A program made the position numbers and the translations under genes. Shown piece after piece: positions 56,574 to 64,000 of a stretch of DNA of 64,000 nucleotides. Numbering within the stretch: position 1 is the first letter of the stretch; each line of letters opens with the position of its first letter. A model generated the notes under the pieces. The model was not told the origin of the DNA, ran no database searches, and saw only the letters and a list, made by a program, of their open reading frames with translations. Origin of the DNA: Vulcanimicrobiota bacterium (GTDB lineage: Bacteria > Vulcanimicrobiota > Xenobia > Xenobiales > JADMJV01); NCBI GenBank assembly GCA_050250895.1, contig JBFWNU010000001.1, positions 840,008 to 904,007 on the forward strand, given 5' to 3'.

Positions 56574-57312
56574 AACCGATAAGCTGGTAGCTGAATACCT
56601 GCTTCTTCACTACGGTGAACCGGCCCAGGTCTTCCCTTACGGCTTCGGCCCCAGGGAGGCCCTGGGCTTTCCCGTGCGCTGCGTCCACGAGTTGGCCCAG
56701 CCCCAGCCCGGCTCGACCGCACTGGAGTTGGGATGCGCGGTGGGGCGGGCCGCCTTCGAACTTTCGCGCACCTGCTCGAGAGTCGTGGCCATCGACTACT
56801 CTCAAGCCTTTATCCAGGCTGCCCAGAGAATGGCCTACCAGCGCGAAGTGGCCTTCCGGGTGCCCGATGAAGGCGAACTGACCACCGAGTGTCAGGCCCG
56901 GCTCTCGGATGAAATGCACCCCGAACGGGTCGAATTCGAGGTAGGCGACGCCACCGCTCTGCGGGCCGATCTGGGCAGTTTCGACCTGGTGCTGGCCGCG
57001 AATCTGCTGTGCCGGCTGCCGGATCCCCAGCGCTTGCTCAGCCGGCTGCCCGAACTAGTCAACCCGGGCGGCAGGTTGGTGATTACCTCACCCTACACCT
57101 GGATGGAAGAATACACTCCGCGTTCACGCTGGCTGGGCGGCTTTCACCGGGACGGCGAAGCGGTTCGCAGCCTGAGCAGCTTGCAAGCGGCTCTGGCCGA
57201 CAGCTTTCAACTCGACGAGACCCGGGACGTCCCGTTCTTGATCCGCGAGCATGCCCGCAAATACCAGTGGAGCGTGGCCCAGGCCAGCCTGTGGCGGCGG
57301 GCAGGAGCCTGA
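56557..57312 (+). CDS. SAM-dependent methyltransferase resembling the OvoA C-terminal (mercaptohistidine N-methyltransferase) domain
   Basis: NPYETDKLVAEYLLLHYG, ALELGCAVGR, ANLLCRLPDP, SPYTW and PFLIREHARKYQ. Confidence 0.78.
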   Translation: MANPYETDKLVAEYLLLHYGEPAQVFPYGFGPREALGFPVRCVHELAQPQPGSTALELGCAVGRAAFELSRTCSRVVAIDYSQAFIQAAQRMAYQREVAFRVPDEGELTTECQARLSDEMHPERVEFEVGDATALRADLGSFDLVLAANLLCRLPDPQRLLSRLPELVNPGGRLVITSPYTWMEEYTPRSRWLGGFHRDGEAVRSLSSLQAALADSFQLDETRDVPFLIREHARKYQWSVAQASLWRRAGA

Positions 57313-57358
57313 CCCTTCTCGTCAGAAAACGTCCACCCAATGACGACGGGGGCTGGTT

Positions 57359-57757
57359 TTGAAAAAGGTTTACCCTGAGCGATACGACTACCTCGAGGTC
57401 ACCGAGGTTGGCAAAGAACTCTTCGTTTTCTGTCCCAGAGAGAACCAGGCCTATGCCATGAACCCCACGGCCGCCGAGTTCTTTGGCTGGTGCGATGGCC
57501 AGACCTCGGTGTCAGAGATGGAGCAACGCCTAGGGGGCGGCGAGCAAGCTCACGATCTGGCTCTATTGACTCTCGGCTCGCTGCGTTCGCAGGGGTTGAT
57601 CGCCATGGACGAGGGTAGCCTCAACCGCCGTGAGTTCTTGCTAAAGTGGGGCACGGCAGCGGCCGCCCTGCCGGTCGTCTCTTCGGTCTTCGTTCCCAAA
57701 GCCGCCGAGGCAGCCAGTGCCACCAGCTCCACCACTACCACGGAAACGCCTGCTTGA
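57359..57757 (+). CDS. PqqD/RRE domain fused to an RR-leader and a Ser/Thr-rich tail (candidate precursor 1)
   Basis: EVGKELFVF...AYAMNPTAAEFFGWCDGQTSVSEM...LRSQGLI, then NRREFL...AAEAASATSSTTTTETPA. Confidence 0.8.
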   Translation: MKKVYPERYDYLEVTEVGKELFVFCPRENQAYAMNPTAAEFFGWCDGQTSVSEMEQRLGGGEQAHDLALLTLGSLRSQGLIAMDEGSLNRREFLLKWGTAAAALPVVSSVFVPKAAEAASATSSTTTTETPA

Positions 57758-57838
57758 GCTAGAGCCATGTCTGATGGCAGGAGTCTGCCCCTCTCGTCAG
57801 AAGTCCTGCCGCAGACTGATGACTAAGGGGGTCTGGTT

Positions 57839-58273
57839 ATGAAACGCACTTTCCCTGAACGCTACGAATATCTCGAGGTTACCGAGGTCGGCGACGAACT
57901 CTTCGTTTTCAGCCCTAAAGAGAACCAGGCCTATTCTCTGAATCCCACTGCAGCCAAACTTTTTGGTTGGTGCGACGGCAAGACCTCGGTGCCAGAGATG
58001 GAGCAACGCCTCGGAGGCGACGAGCAAGCCCGGGACCTGGTGCATTTGACTCTTGGCACACTGGCTTCGCAAGGACTGATCGCGATGGACGAGGGCGGCC
58101 TCAACCGACGAGAGTTCTTGCAAAAGTGGGGGGCGGCTGTGGCCGCCCTACCGGTGGTGACTTCGGTCTTCGTGCCCAAAGCTGCCCGGGCCGCCAGTGC
58201 CACCACCACCACGAGCACCACCGAAGAAGCCACGACCACCGAAGAATCTACCACTACCACAGAACCGCCTTGA
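57839..58273 (+). CDS. PqqD/RRE domain fused to an RR-leader and a Thr/Glu-rich tail (candidate precursor 2)
   Basis: Paralogue of 57359; NRREFL...AARAASATTTTSTTEEATTTEESTTTTEPP. Confidence 0.8.
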   Translation: MKRTFPERYEYLEVTEVGDELFVFSPKENQAYSLNPTAAKLFGWCDGKTSVPEMEQRLGGDEQARDLVHLTLGTLASQGLIAMDEGGLNRREFLQKWGAAVAALPVVTSVFVPKAARAASATTTTSTTEEATTTEESTTTTEPP

Positions 58274-58274
58274 G

Positions 58275-58934
58275 CTAAAAGCAATAGCCCAGATGAGCCA
58301 GTTCTCTCGCGAAGAGTTCCTCTACGTAGCGGCGGCTCTCGGGGGTAGGATACCACTTCATGTAGGGTTGCCGATCGCTGCGATATCTCGTCTTTGCTTT
58401 CGGTAGCTCGACTTGCGCCTCGATCCCGATCCGTTCAAGAGCCAGAGCCAGGTCGGCCTCGAGGTCCTCAAAGCGCCCGATGAAATCGACCGCCTGACGC
58501 CCCGCCAGACTCCAGATGTTCCAATCGGCCAACCTTCGGTAGCGACCCCGGGCGAGAAACTCTTGGAAGCTCAACCCTCTGGCGGCCCGAGAGCGTTGAA
58601 AGAAATAGCTCGAAACGAGCTTGTCAAAAGGATTTCTCTCAAAGCAAAACTTGAAGTAATCACTGAGAAACTCAATGCTCTCGCCTTGCGCCTTGAGCTT
58701 TTCGAGCACCTGCGCCAAGGTGACGTGAGCACGAAAGCGCAGGCGCCCCTCAGACGCCAGATGGTTCTGGGGCCCCGGATAGCCGAGCCGCCGCCGCAGA
58801 CGCTCATCCTCTGGACTGACTTCGGTGATGATATCCGCCGGCCCGCAAAACTGGGAAAGAAAGATCTCGATGCTCGTCCCAGCGGTCTTGTGGGTCTTGA
58901 GGAAAAGAAATTTATGCTTGTGGGACAAGATCAC
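58275..58934 (-). CDS. Sulfotransferase (Sulfotransfer_2-type)
   Basis: HKHKFLFLKTHKTAGTSI (5'-PSB), FERNPFDKLVSSY (3'-PB) and DFIGRFEDL. Confidence 0.82.
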   Translation of the reverse strand: MILSHKHKFLFLKTHKTAGTSIEIFLSQFCGPADIITEVSPEDERLRRRLGYPGPQNHLASEGRLRFRAHVTLAQVLEKLKAQGESIEFLSDYFKFCFERNPFDKLVSSYFFQRSRAARGLSFQEFLARGRYRRLADWNIWSLAGRQAVDFIGRFEDLEADLALALERIGIEAQVELPKAKTRYRSDRQPYMKWYPTPESRRYVEELFARELAHLGYCF

Positions 58935-59022
58935 TAGGGCGCCTTCCACGCCAAACTCGGTTGACCTTGGAGTTGGCCCTGGAAGGAACGGCTCATTCTC
59001 TCACAAAGGAGCGGAAACTACG

Positions 59023-59748
59023 ATGAGTTCGCGCAAATTTCGAGCCTATGGAGTGCCGTTCAGCATCGATGGTCCGGATTCGATCGAGCTGCCGGTAGGA
59101 ACCCAGGTCAGCTCGGAGGGGGTTGGCGTCGGTCTCCATTTTCAAATGCGGACCGAGGGCAAGGGTCGCGTTCTTTATCTCGATGGCCAAAGAATAGGGC
59201 GCCCCTATCGACGTCACGAGACTTTTCTCCGTCACGCAGCCAGAAAAGTCGAGTTTCAAATCGCCCTGCGGGCCCCCGACCTGGTCTTCGTTCACGCGGG
59301 GGTGGTCGAGTGGAGCGGTCTCGGTTGGTTGCTTCCGGGCTCTTCAAGGGCCGGCAAGAGCACCCTGGTGGACGCTCTCTTGCGAGCGGGGGCAACCTAC
59401 TATTCGGATGAGTTTGCCCTCATCGACGAACACGGTCTGGTGCACCCCTACCCTCGCCCCCTCAAGCTTCGCAACGGCACTCCCACCGCAGCCGCGAAGC
59501 TGGCCGACAAGCCTCTGGTAGTCGATAGGGTGCTGGTGACCGAGTTCGAACCAGGCGCGGCCTGGCAGCCTGTTTCCCTGAGCCCGAGCGAGGTCTGCGT
59601 TCAGCTGATGGCCCACACCCTCACGGCTCGTCGACACCCCGGTCGGGCCATGGCCTTTTTGGCCAGATTGGCCCAAGGCGCCCGAGGCTTTCAGAGTCTT
59701 CGCGGTGAGGTGGTCGAGACCGTCGAACGCTTGAAGGACCTGACATGA
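59023..59748 (+). CDS. HprK-related P-loop kinase
   Basis: RBS AAGGAG; FVHAGVV, GSSRAGKSTL, YYSDEFALID and HPYPRPL. Confidence 0.8.
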   Translation: MSSRKFRAYGVPFSIDGPDSIELPVGTQVSSEGVGVGLHFQMRTEGKGRVLYLDGQRIGRPYRRHETFLRHAARKVEFQIALRAPDLVFVHAGVVEWSGLGWLLPGSSRAGKSTLVDALLRAGATYYSDEFALIDEHGLVHPYPRPLKLRNGTPTAAAKLADKPLVVDRVLVTEFEPGAAWQPVSLSPSEVCVQLMAHTLTARRHPGRAMAFLARLAQGARGFQSLRGEVVETVERLKDLT

Positions 59749-60479
59749 CAGGCGAGCAGGTCAGGCTGCTGGTGCTGGGGGCGCCCCGGTCGGGGACCAC
59801 CCTGGTCACGGCCATGCTCGCCTGCCATCCCGAGATCGCCATGCTCAACGAGGATCTCAACGGTTCTATCAGGCTCTTGCTGTCCAAGCGTGTGGTGGGC
59901 AACAAGCTGTGCGTCCCTAATCAGATCGGGCTAGAGCCTCCGGGACACTTCGAGGCTATGGCCCGTCGTTTCTATTTCCGTCACCAGGCGGTCAGAAAAT
60001 TGGCGCGACGACTGGGTCTGGGCTGGTGGAACCCGATGTCCAGGCTGCCCCTGCGGGGCTATCTTCGCTTGCCGGGCAGCCGGGTGCTGGGCATCCTGCG
60101 CCACCCGGGGGCCGTGATTCCGTCGATCATGCGTCGCGGCGGACAGCCAGAGTGGGTGGCCCGGCGGCGATGGAACCAGGCTGTCGACATTCTAGCCCGT
60201 TTGAGACAGACCATCCCCGACCGTTGTATCCTGCTTTCCTTTGAAGAGCTACTCGAGAACCCACCGGTCGTGTTGGACCGGCTGCTCGAGCGGCTCGATT
60301 GTGCCTATGACCCACGGGTTTTGTTCGGTTTCGCGCATACCCGTAACTATCAAAACACCAGTCTGGATCGCTCGAAGATCGTGCCCGAATGGTCCGACGA
60401 CCAATGCGGCGGGCTCCGAAACTGGCGCCTCTACCAGGATTTGAAAGGCCTAACCATCGGCCACGAGAAGGATGCCTAG
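59745..60479 (+). CDS. Sulfotransferase
   Basis: VLGAPRSGTTLV, LRHPGAVIPS and SFEELLENP; ATGA-coupled to the kinase. Confidence 0.82.
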   Translation: MTGEQVRLLVLGAPRSGTTLVTAMLACHPEIAMLNEDLNGSIRLLLSKRVVGNKLCVPNQIGLEPPGHFEAMARRFYFRHQAVRKLARRLGLGWWNPMSRLPLRGYLRLPGSRVLGILRHPGAVIPSIMRRGGQPEWVARRRWNQAVDILARLRQTIPDRCILLSFEELLENPPVVLDRLLERLDCAYDPRVLFGFAHTRNYQNTSLDRSKIVPEWSDDQCGGLRNWRLYQDLKGLTIGHEKDA

Positions 60480-61347
60480 CGTGCTCATGCACGAAAAGAT
60501 GGTTTACCTCCAGCCTTTCGTGCGCTCTCCGCAGGCCGACGACATCGTCGTTCTGGGAAGCGGAAGAAGCGGCACCACCTGGCTGCTCGAGATGTTGATC
60601 AGCCTGCCTGGCTATCGCGGCGTGATGGAGCCGTTTCAGCCCAAGAACGCCAGCCACTTTCCCCAGAATCCCCGCTATAGCCGTCGCTATCTCAGAGAGG
60701 GCGCCTGTGAGCCCGAACTGGAGGCCTATTTTCAAAGGCTCTTTCACCAGGAACTCGACTCTGACTGGTGGTGCGCCTGGCCCGCTTTCAATCGGCGGCC
60801 CCGGCGTTACCAGACCGTGCTCAAGACCATTCGGGGCTTGCTGATGATCAACTGGATGAAGACCTTGCCCGTTCGCTTTATCTACTTGCAGCGCGAGCCG
60901 GTAGCTACCCTCGGCAGCTGGGTCAGAATCGGGTGGGGAGAATCGGTGACGGATCTGGCCGTGTTTGTAAACCAACCCGAGTTGGTGGAAGACCACCTTC
61001 AACCGGTCCACCACCTCCTCGGCCGAGTGCAAGCCGAGGGCAGCAAGTTCGAGCAGGCAGCCGCCTGCTGGTGGATCGAGAACCTGGTGGCCCAGAGAAC
61101 TCTACCGCCCGGCAGCCTGAGGCTCAGCTATCAAGAGCTTACTGACAATCGCCCAGAGAGCCTCGATCTCATCTGTGGCTTCATGGGTCAAGAGCGCCCG
61201 GAGTTCCTGGTCAGCAGCAGCCAGCGGCGTTCCAAAACGACGGTAGGAGTCACCCGGCCAAACCCTGAGCTGGAGAGAGCTGTTCGAAGAACGCTAGACT
61301 CGCTGGAGGAACTGGCCCCACGCACTGGTCGGGTCAGAAACGGCTGA
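60472..61347 (+). CDS. Sulfotransferase
   Basis: VLGSGRSGTTWL, MEPF, QREPVATLGS and SYQEL. Confidence 0.82.
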   Translation: MPSVLMHEKMVYLQPFVRSPQADDIVVLGSGRSGTTWLLEMLISLPGYRGVMEPFQPKNASHFPQNPRYSRRYLREGACEPELEAYFQRLFHQELDSDWWCAWPAFNRRPRRYQTVLKTIRGLLMINWMKTLPVRFIYLQREPVATLGSWVRIGWGESVTDLAVFVNQPELVEDHLQPVHHLLGRVQAEGSKFEQAAACWWIENLVAQRTLPPGSLRLSYQELTDNRPESLDLICGFMGQERPEFLVSSSQRRSKTTVGVTRPNPELERAVRRTLDSLEELAPRTGRVRNG

Positions 61348-64000
61348 TGCTCTGGAACCAGAGCCGGGGTTGACCCAGCTCGTCAAAGGCGGTGCGCACC
61401 AGCAGGTTCTGGGCGAAGCGCCACTCTATCCCGAAGAGGTTCTCGGTGTAGGAACTATTGCTGCGGATGATGCGGGTCAAAGTCAACAAGAAGTCATCGT
61501 TTCGATCGAGAGCTTTGGCTAGTTTGACCACGTAGTCGGCGGGCGGGATGTATTCAAAGGAGATCTCGGACAGGAACAGGGCGCGCCCGATGCCCTCGGT
61601 CAGCCGATTGGTCAGGATGCCAGAGATGAACGAGACGCCCTGAGAGGCTAGAAAGCCCTGGAAACCCTGGGGCGAAGTGGCATTGGCCGTCTGCTGATCC
61701 TGGAAGGTGGTGGGCAAACCGCCCAGCACCACCAGACGGGACAGTTCAGCCTGGGGCAGGGGCGGGTCCGAGAACAGCTCGACATTGATGTTGTCGGGAT
61801 AGGTTCCGTCCACCCGGGCGATGATGCGATAACCGCCCAGGTCGGTAACCGCTTCCACCGCCTCGAGGGTGGGCACCAGCGTGCGATTCCAGTAGGCAGT
61901 GCCCTGGCGCAGCCGGAAGCTGGCATCGTAGAAAGGGATGCGGATATTGCCGCGAGAGAGCCCCAACTGCCCGATCAACAAAGGCTTAGAGCTTCCGCTA
62001 GCGTTGACCACCTTGAGTTCGCCCCGGGCGCGTACTTGCGAGTCGAGGGCCCGGGCCCAAACATCGTCGCCGAGATTGAGGTCGAGGTCGTAAAGGAAGG
62101 GAAAGGCCCCCGCCACCGAGCCTCGCTTCTCGGCCCCTTCGACGGCCGATACGGGTATTTCGATGTCGCCCTCGGGAATGACCACGGTGCCCTCGATGAC
62201 CGGCACCAGAACGGGTCTGTCGGGGTCATCTCCGGGCACCCCCTGCATTGCCAGGTCGACCGTGGCCGTGCCGTGAAAAAGGTGGGGGATGTGAATGGGC
62301 AGCGAGTCACCGAAGAGCCTGATGTCGAGATACGTGGGTTCAAGACCGATCAACTCGGCTTTGCCTTGAAGCTTGAACGCCTGCCCACCCAGCCGCCCTT
62401 CGAAGCGCTCGATGGCATAGCGATTGATCACCTCGCCGTCGAGAGTGCGCCCGATGGCCGAGGGCTCGGCCTCGGCAGCGTCGACCCGATCGAAATGGGT
62501 AATGATGTTGAGTTCCGTCAGATCGCCATACTCGCGCGAGAGCACCGAGGCGTCTTTGACCTCGATCACACCCGCCAACTCGGGCTCTTCGAAACTGCCC
62601 TCGAGACTGAGGGTGCCCTCGATCTCGCCGGCTGTCTTGACGCCCGGACCCAGCACGGCCGCCACCAGCAACATGCCTTTGTCGGTGAGGGTGGCCTCGG
62701 CATTGATCCTGGAAGTGCGGCTCAGACGCTTGCCCAACCAGGCCAGGTGCAAGCGGTCGTCATGGGGCTGACCGCTGTCTAACCAGTCTAGCTGGGCCTT
62801 GCCTTTGAGACCCAGCGAGTGGTCAAGACTCTTCTTGTCCCCGAGATAAACCTGGGACGGCTGGCCCCCGGGGCCGGTGAAAGTTAACTCGTAGTTACCT
62901 TCGGGACTGTTGCCGCCCACGATACCCAGCACCCCCTCAGCCAGATGAACGCTGCCCAGAGTCGCCTGGCTGAGGCGACCGACCACGCCCAGATTGGGCC
63001 GCAGCAGCGGCCCGTCCAGCTGCACCTCGAGCTGGTCGATGGTGCCTTTGAGACCCAGACTCTCGGGCAGCAAGAAGGCCAGATTCTCGAGCGGCAAGCT
63101 CAGCGCTGCCAGTTGGAAATGACTGTCGGGATTGGCTCCGGCCGCCTCCATCAGGGCCAGCTCGCCACTGGCCTCGAGGCGGCCTCCCACGGTTTGAGAA
63201 ACCGGTCCCTGCTCGAGTCGGAAGAACGCCAACGTCAGCGGCTCGAGCACCAGGCGACCGGCGGTCTGGTCCCGCTGGTAGCGGAGCTGGGTCGGGTCCT
63301 CCAGACGGAAGCCCGAGACGACCCCGGCGTTTTCCCCCTCGACCCGCAGTTCGTCGAGGTGCAGGGCGTAGCGCGGCAGTCCGCTGCCAGCCCCAAGCTG
63401 GTGGTCGCGATACCATTGGCCTTCGAGTTCGAGGCTGCCACTGGCCAGGATCGACCCTTCGGTCAAAGGACGGCCGGCCACTCGCTCCAGGGCACGGCGG
63501 GTCAGCCGTTCGGCCTGGAACCGAAAAGGCAATCCGCCCCGCCCGAAGTCGGGGCCGGCGGGCGAGGCGAAGTAGTCCTCCAGACTCTGCTCAGAGGCCG
63601 GCAAACCGAAGTGGACGGTGCCCTCGGCCGCCAGTTCGGGGGCCTCGGCCTCTTCACCGAGGCGCACATGAAAAGCGCTCGCGGGAATCTGCACTTCGAC
63701 TCGCTCACCGTCCAGACGCAAACGCACTCCCTGACCGGGCCCGGTGCTGGGCCGGGCGTTCTGGCGGTCGATGTAGCCAAACACCAGGCCGTCAAGATTC
63801 ATCGGAGAGCCTTCGCCGGTGAGGACCGAGGGGTCCCAGACCAATCGATCGGACTCGAGACCAAGATAGATGACCGGCGCCCGCCCCCCCTTGCCTTCGA
63901 CCGAGACGGCCACGTCGAGCTGGCCGGTCAGGCCATCAAAAGGATGACCCAGCGGGGCGAACAGCGAGGTGGGCACCTGACCCGCCCACAGGCTACCCAC
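61334..64000 (-). CDS. Translocation/assembly module TamB-like protein (C-terminal part; start outside window)
   Basis: Beta-rich repeats; LEGSFEEPELAG, LFSDPPLPQAELSRLVVLG and a C-terminal beta-strand ending in F. Confidence 0.75.
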   Translation of the reverse strand: MGSLWAGQVPTSLFAPLGHPFDGLTGQLDVAVSVEGKGGRAPVIYLGLESDRLVWDPSVLTGEGSPMNLDGLVFGYIDRQNARPSTGPGQGVRLRLDGERVEVQIPASAFHVRLGEEAEAPELAAEGTVHFGLPASEQSLEDYFASPAGPDFGRGGLPFRFQAERLTRRALERVAGRPLTEGSILASGSLELEGQWYRDHQLGAGSGLPRYALHLDELRVEGENAGVVSGFRLEDPTQLRYQRDQTAGRLVLEPLTLAFFRLEQGPVSQTVGGRLEASGELALMEAAGANPDSHFQLAALSLPLENLAFLLPESLGLKGTIDQLEVQLDGPLLRPNLGVVGRLSQATLGSVHLAEGVLGIVGGNSPEGNYELTFTGPGGQPSQVYLGDKKSLDHSLGLKGKAQLDWLDSGQPHDDRLHLAWLGKRLSRTSRINAEATLTDKGMLLVAAVLGPGVKTAGEIEGTLSLEGSFEEPELAGVIEVKDASVLSREYGDLTELNIITHFDRVDAAEAEPSAIGRTLDGEVINRYAIERFEGRLGGQAFKLQGKAELIGLEPTYLDIRLFGDSLPIHIPHLFHGTATVDLAMQGVPGDDPDRPVLVPVIEGTVVIPEGDIEIPVSAVEGAEKRGSVAGAFPFLYDLDLNLGDDVWARALDSQVRARGELKVVNASGSSKPLLIGQLGLSRGNIRIPFYDASFRLRQGTAYWNRTLVPTLEAVEAVTDLGGYRIIARVDGTYPDNINVELFSDPPLPQAELSRLVVLGGLPTTFQDQQTANATSPQGFQGFLASQGVSFISGILTNRLTEGIGRALFLSEISFEYIPPADYVVKLAKALDRNDDFLLTLTRIIRSNSSYTENLFGIEWRFAQNLLVRTAFDELGQPRLWFQSISRF

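Larger units (their letters stand above)
57300..58277 (+). repeat. Tandem duplication (about 480-bp period) containing the two PqqD-fusion genes
   Basis: GGCAGGAG.CTG.CCC.TCTCGTCAGAA at 57300 and 57776; both units end CTTGAGCTA. Confidence 0.8.

Noticed and set aside
57359-61347. Lasso peptide or PQQ biosynthesis cluster
   Set aside because: No asparagine-synthetase-like cyclase, B2 peptidase or PqqB/C/E gene nearby; the tails lack lasso or ExxxY core patterns.

Overview
GC-rich bacterial chromosomal segment, densely coding and mostly housekeeping or metabolic. It carries groEL/groES, an acyl-CoA dehydrogenase, a sirtuin, sodC, a purine nucleoside phosphorylase, rpmB, lhr-nei, a probable 6S RNA, moaA, a GH13 enzyme, a serpin, a three-subunit xanthine-dehydrogenase-family operon, a YitJ-like enzyme, tRNA-Leu(CAG), a TPR-HD-GYP protein, an amidase, ftsZ, moxR-DUF58-transglutaminase, valS and a partial TamB. 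The gene repertoire is suggestive of Ca. Eremiobacterota/Vulcanimicrobiota, which is inference only. No integrase, transposase or CRISPR array was seen. The most notable locus (57.3-61.3 kb) looks like an undescribed RiPP-like system: two tandem genes each fuse a PqqD/RRE domain to an internal twin-arginine-like leader and a Thr/Ser-rich tail, next to an HprK-related kinase and three sulfotransferases. Other points of interest are a pair of proteins sharing a needle/pilin-like C-terminal helix (31.6-33.0 kb), a harpin-like Gly-rich protein, a long structured leader upstream of groES, two apparent CTG starts overlapping upstream stop codons, and a dispersed intergenic repeat family. All product calls come from motif recognition by eye, not from database searches.
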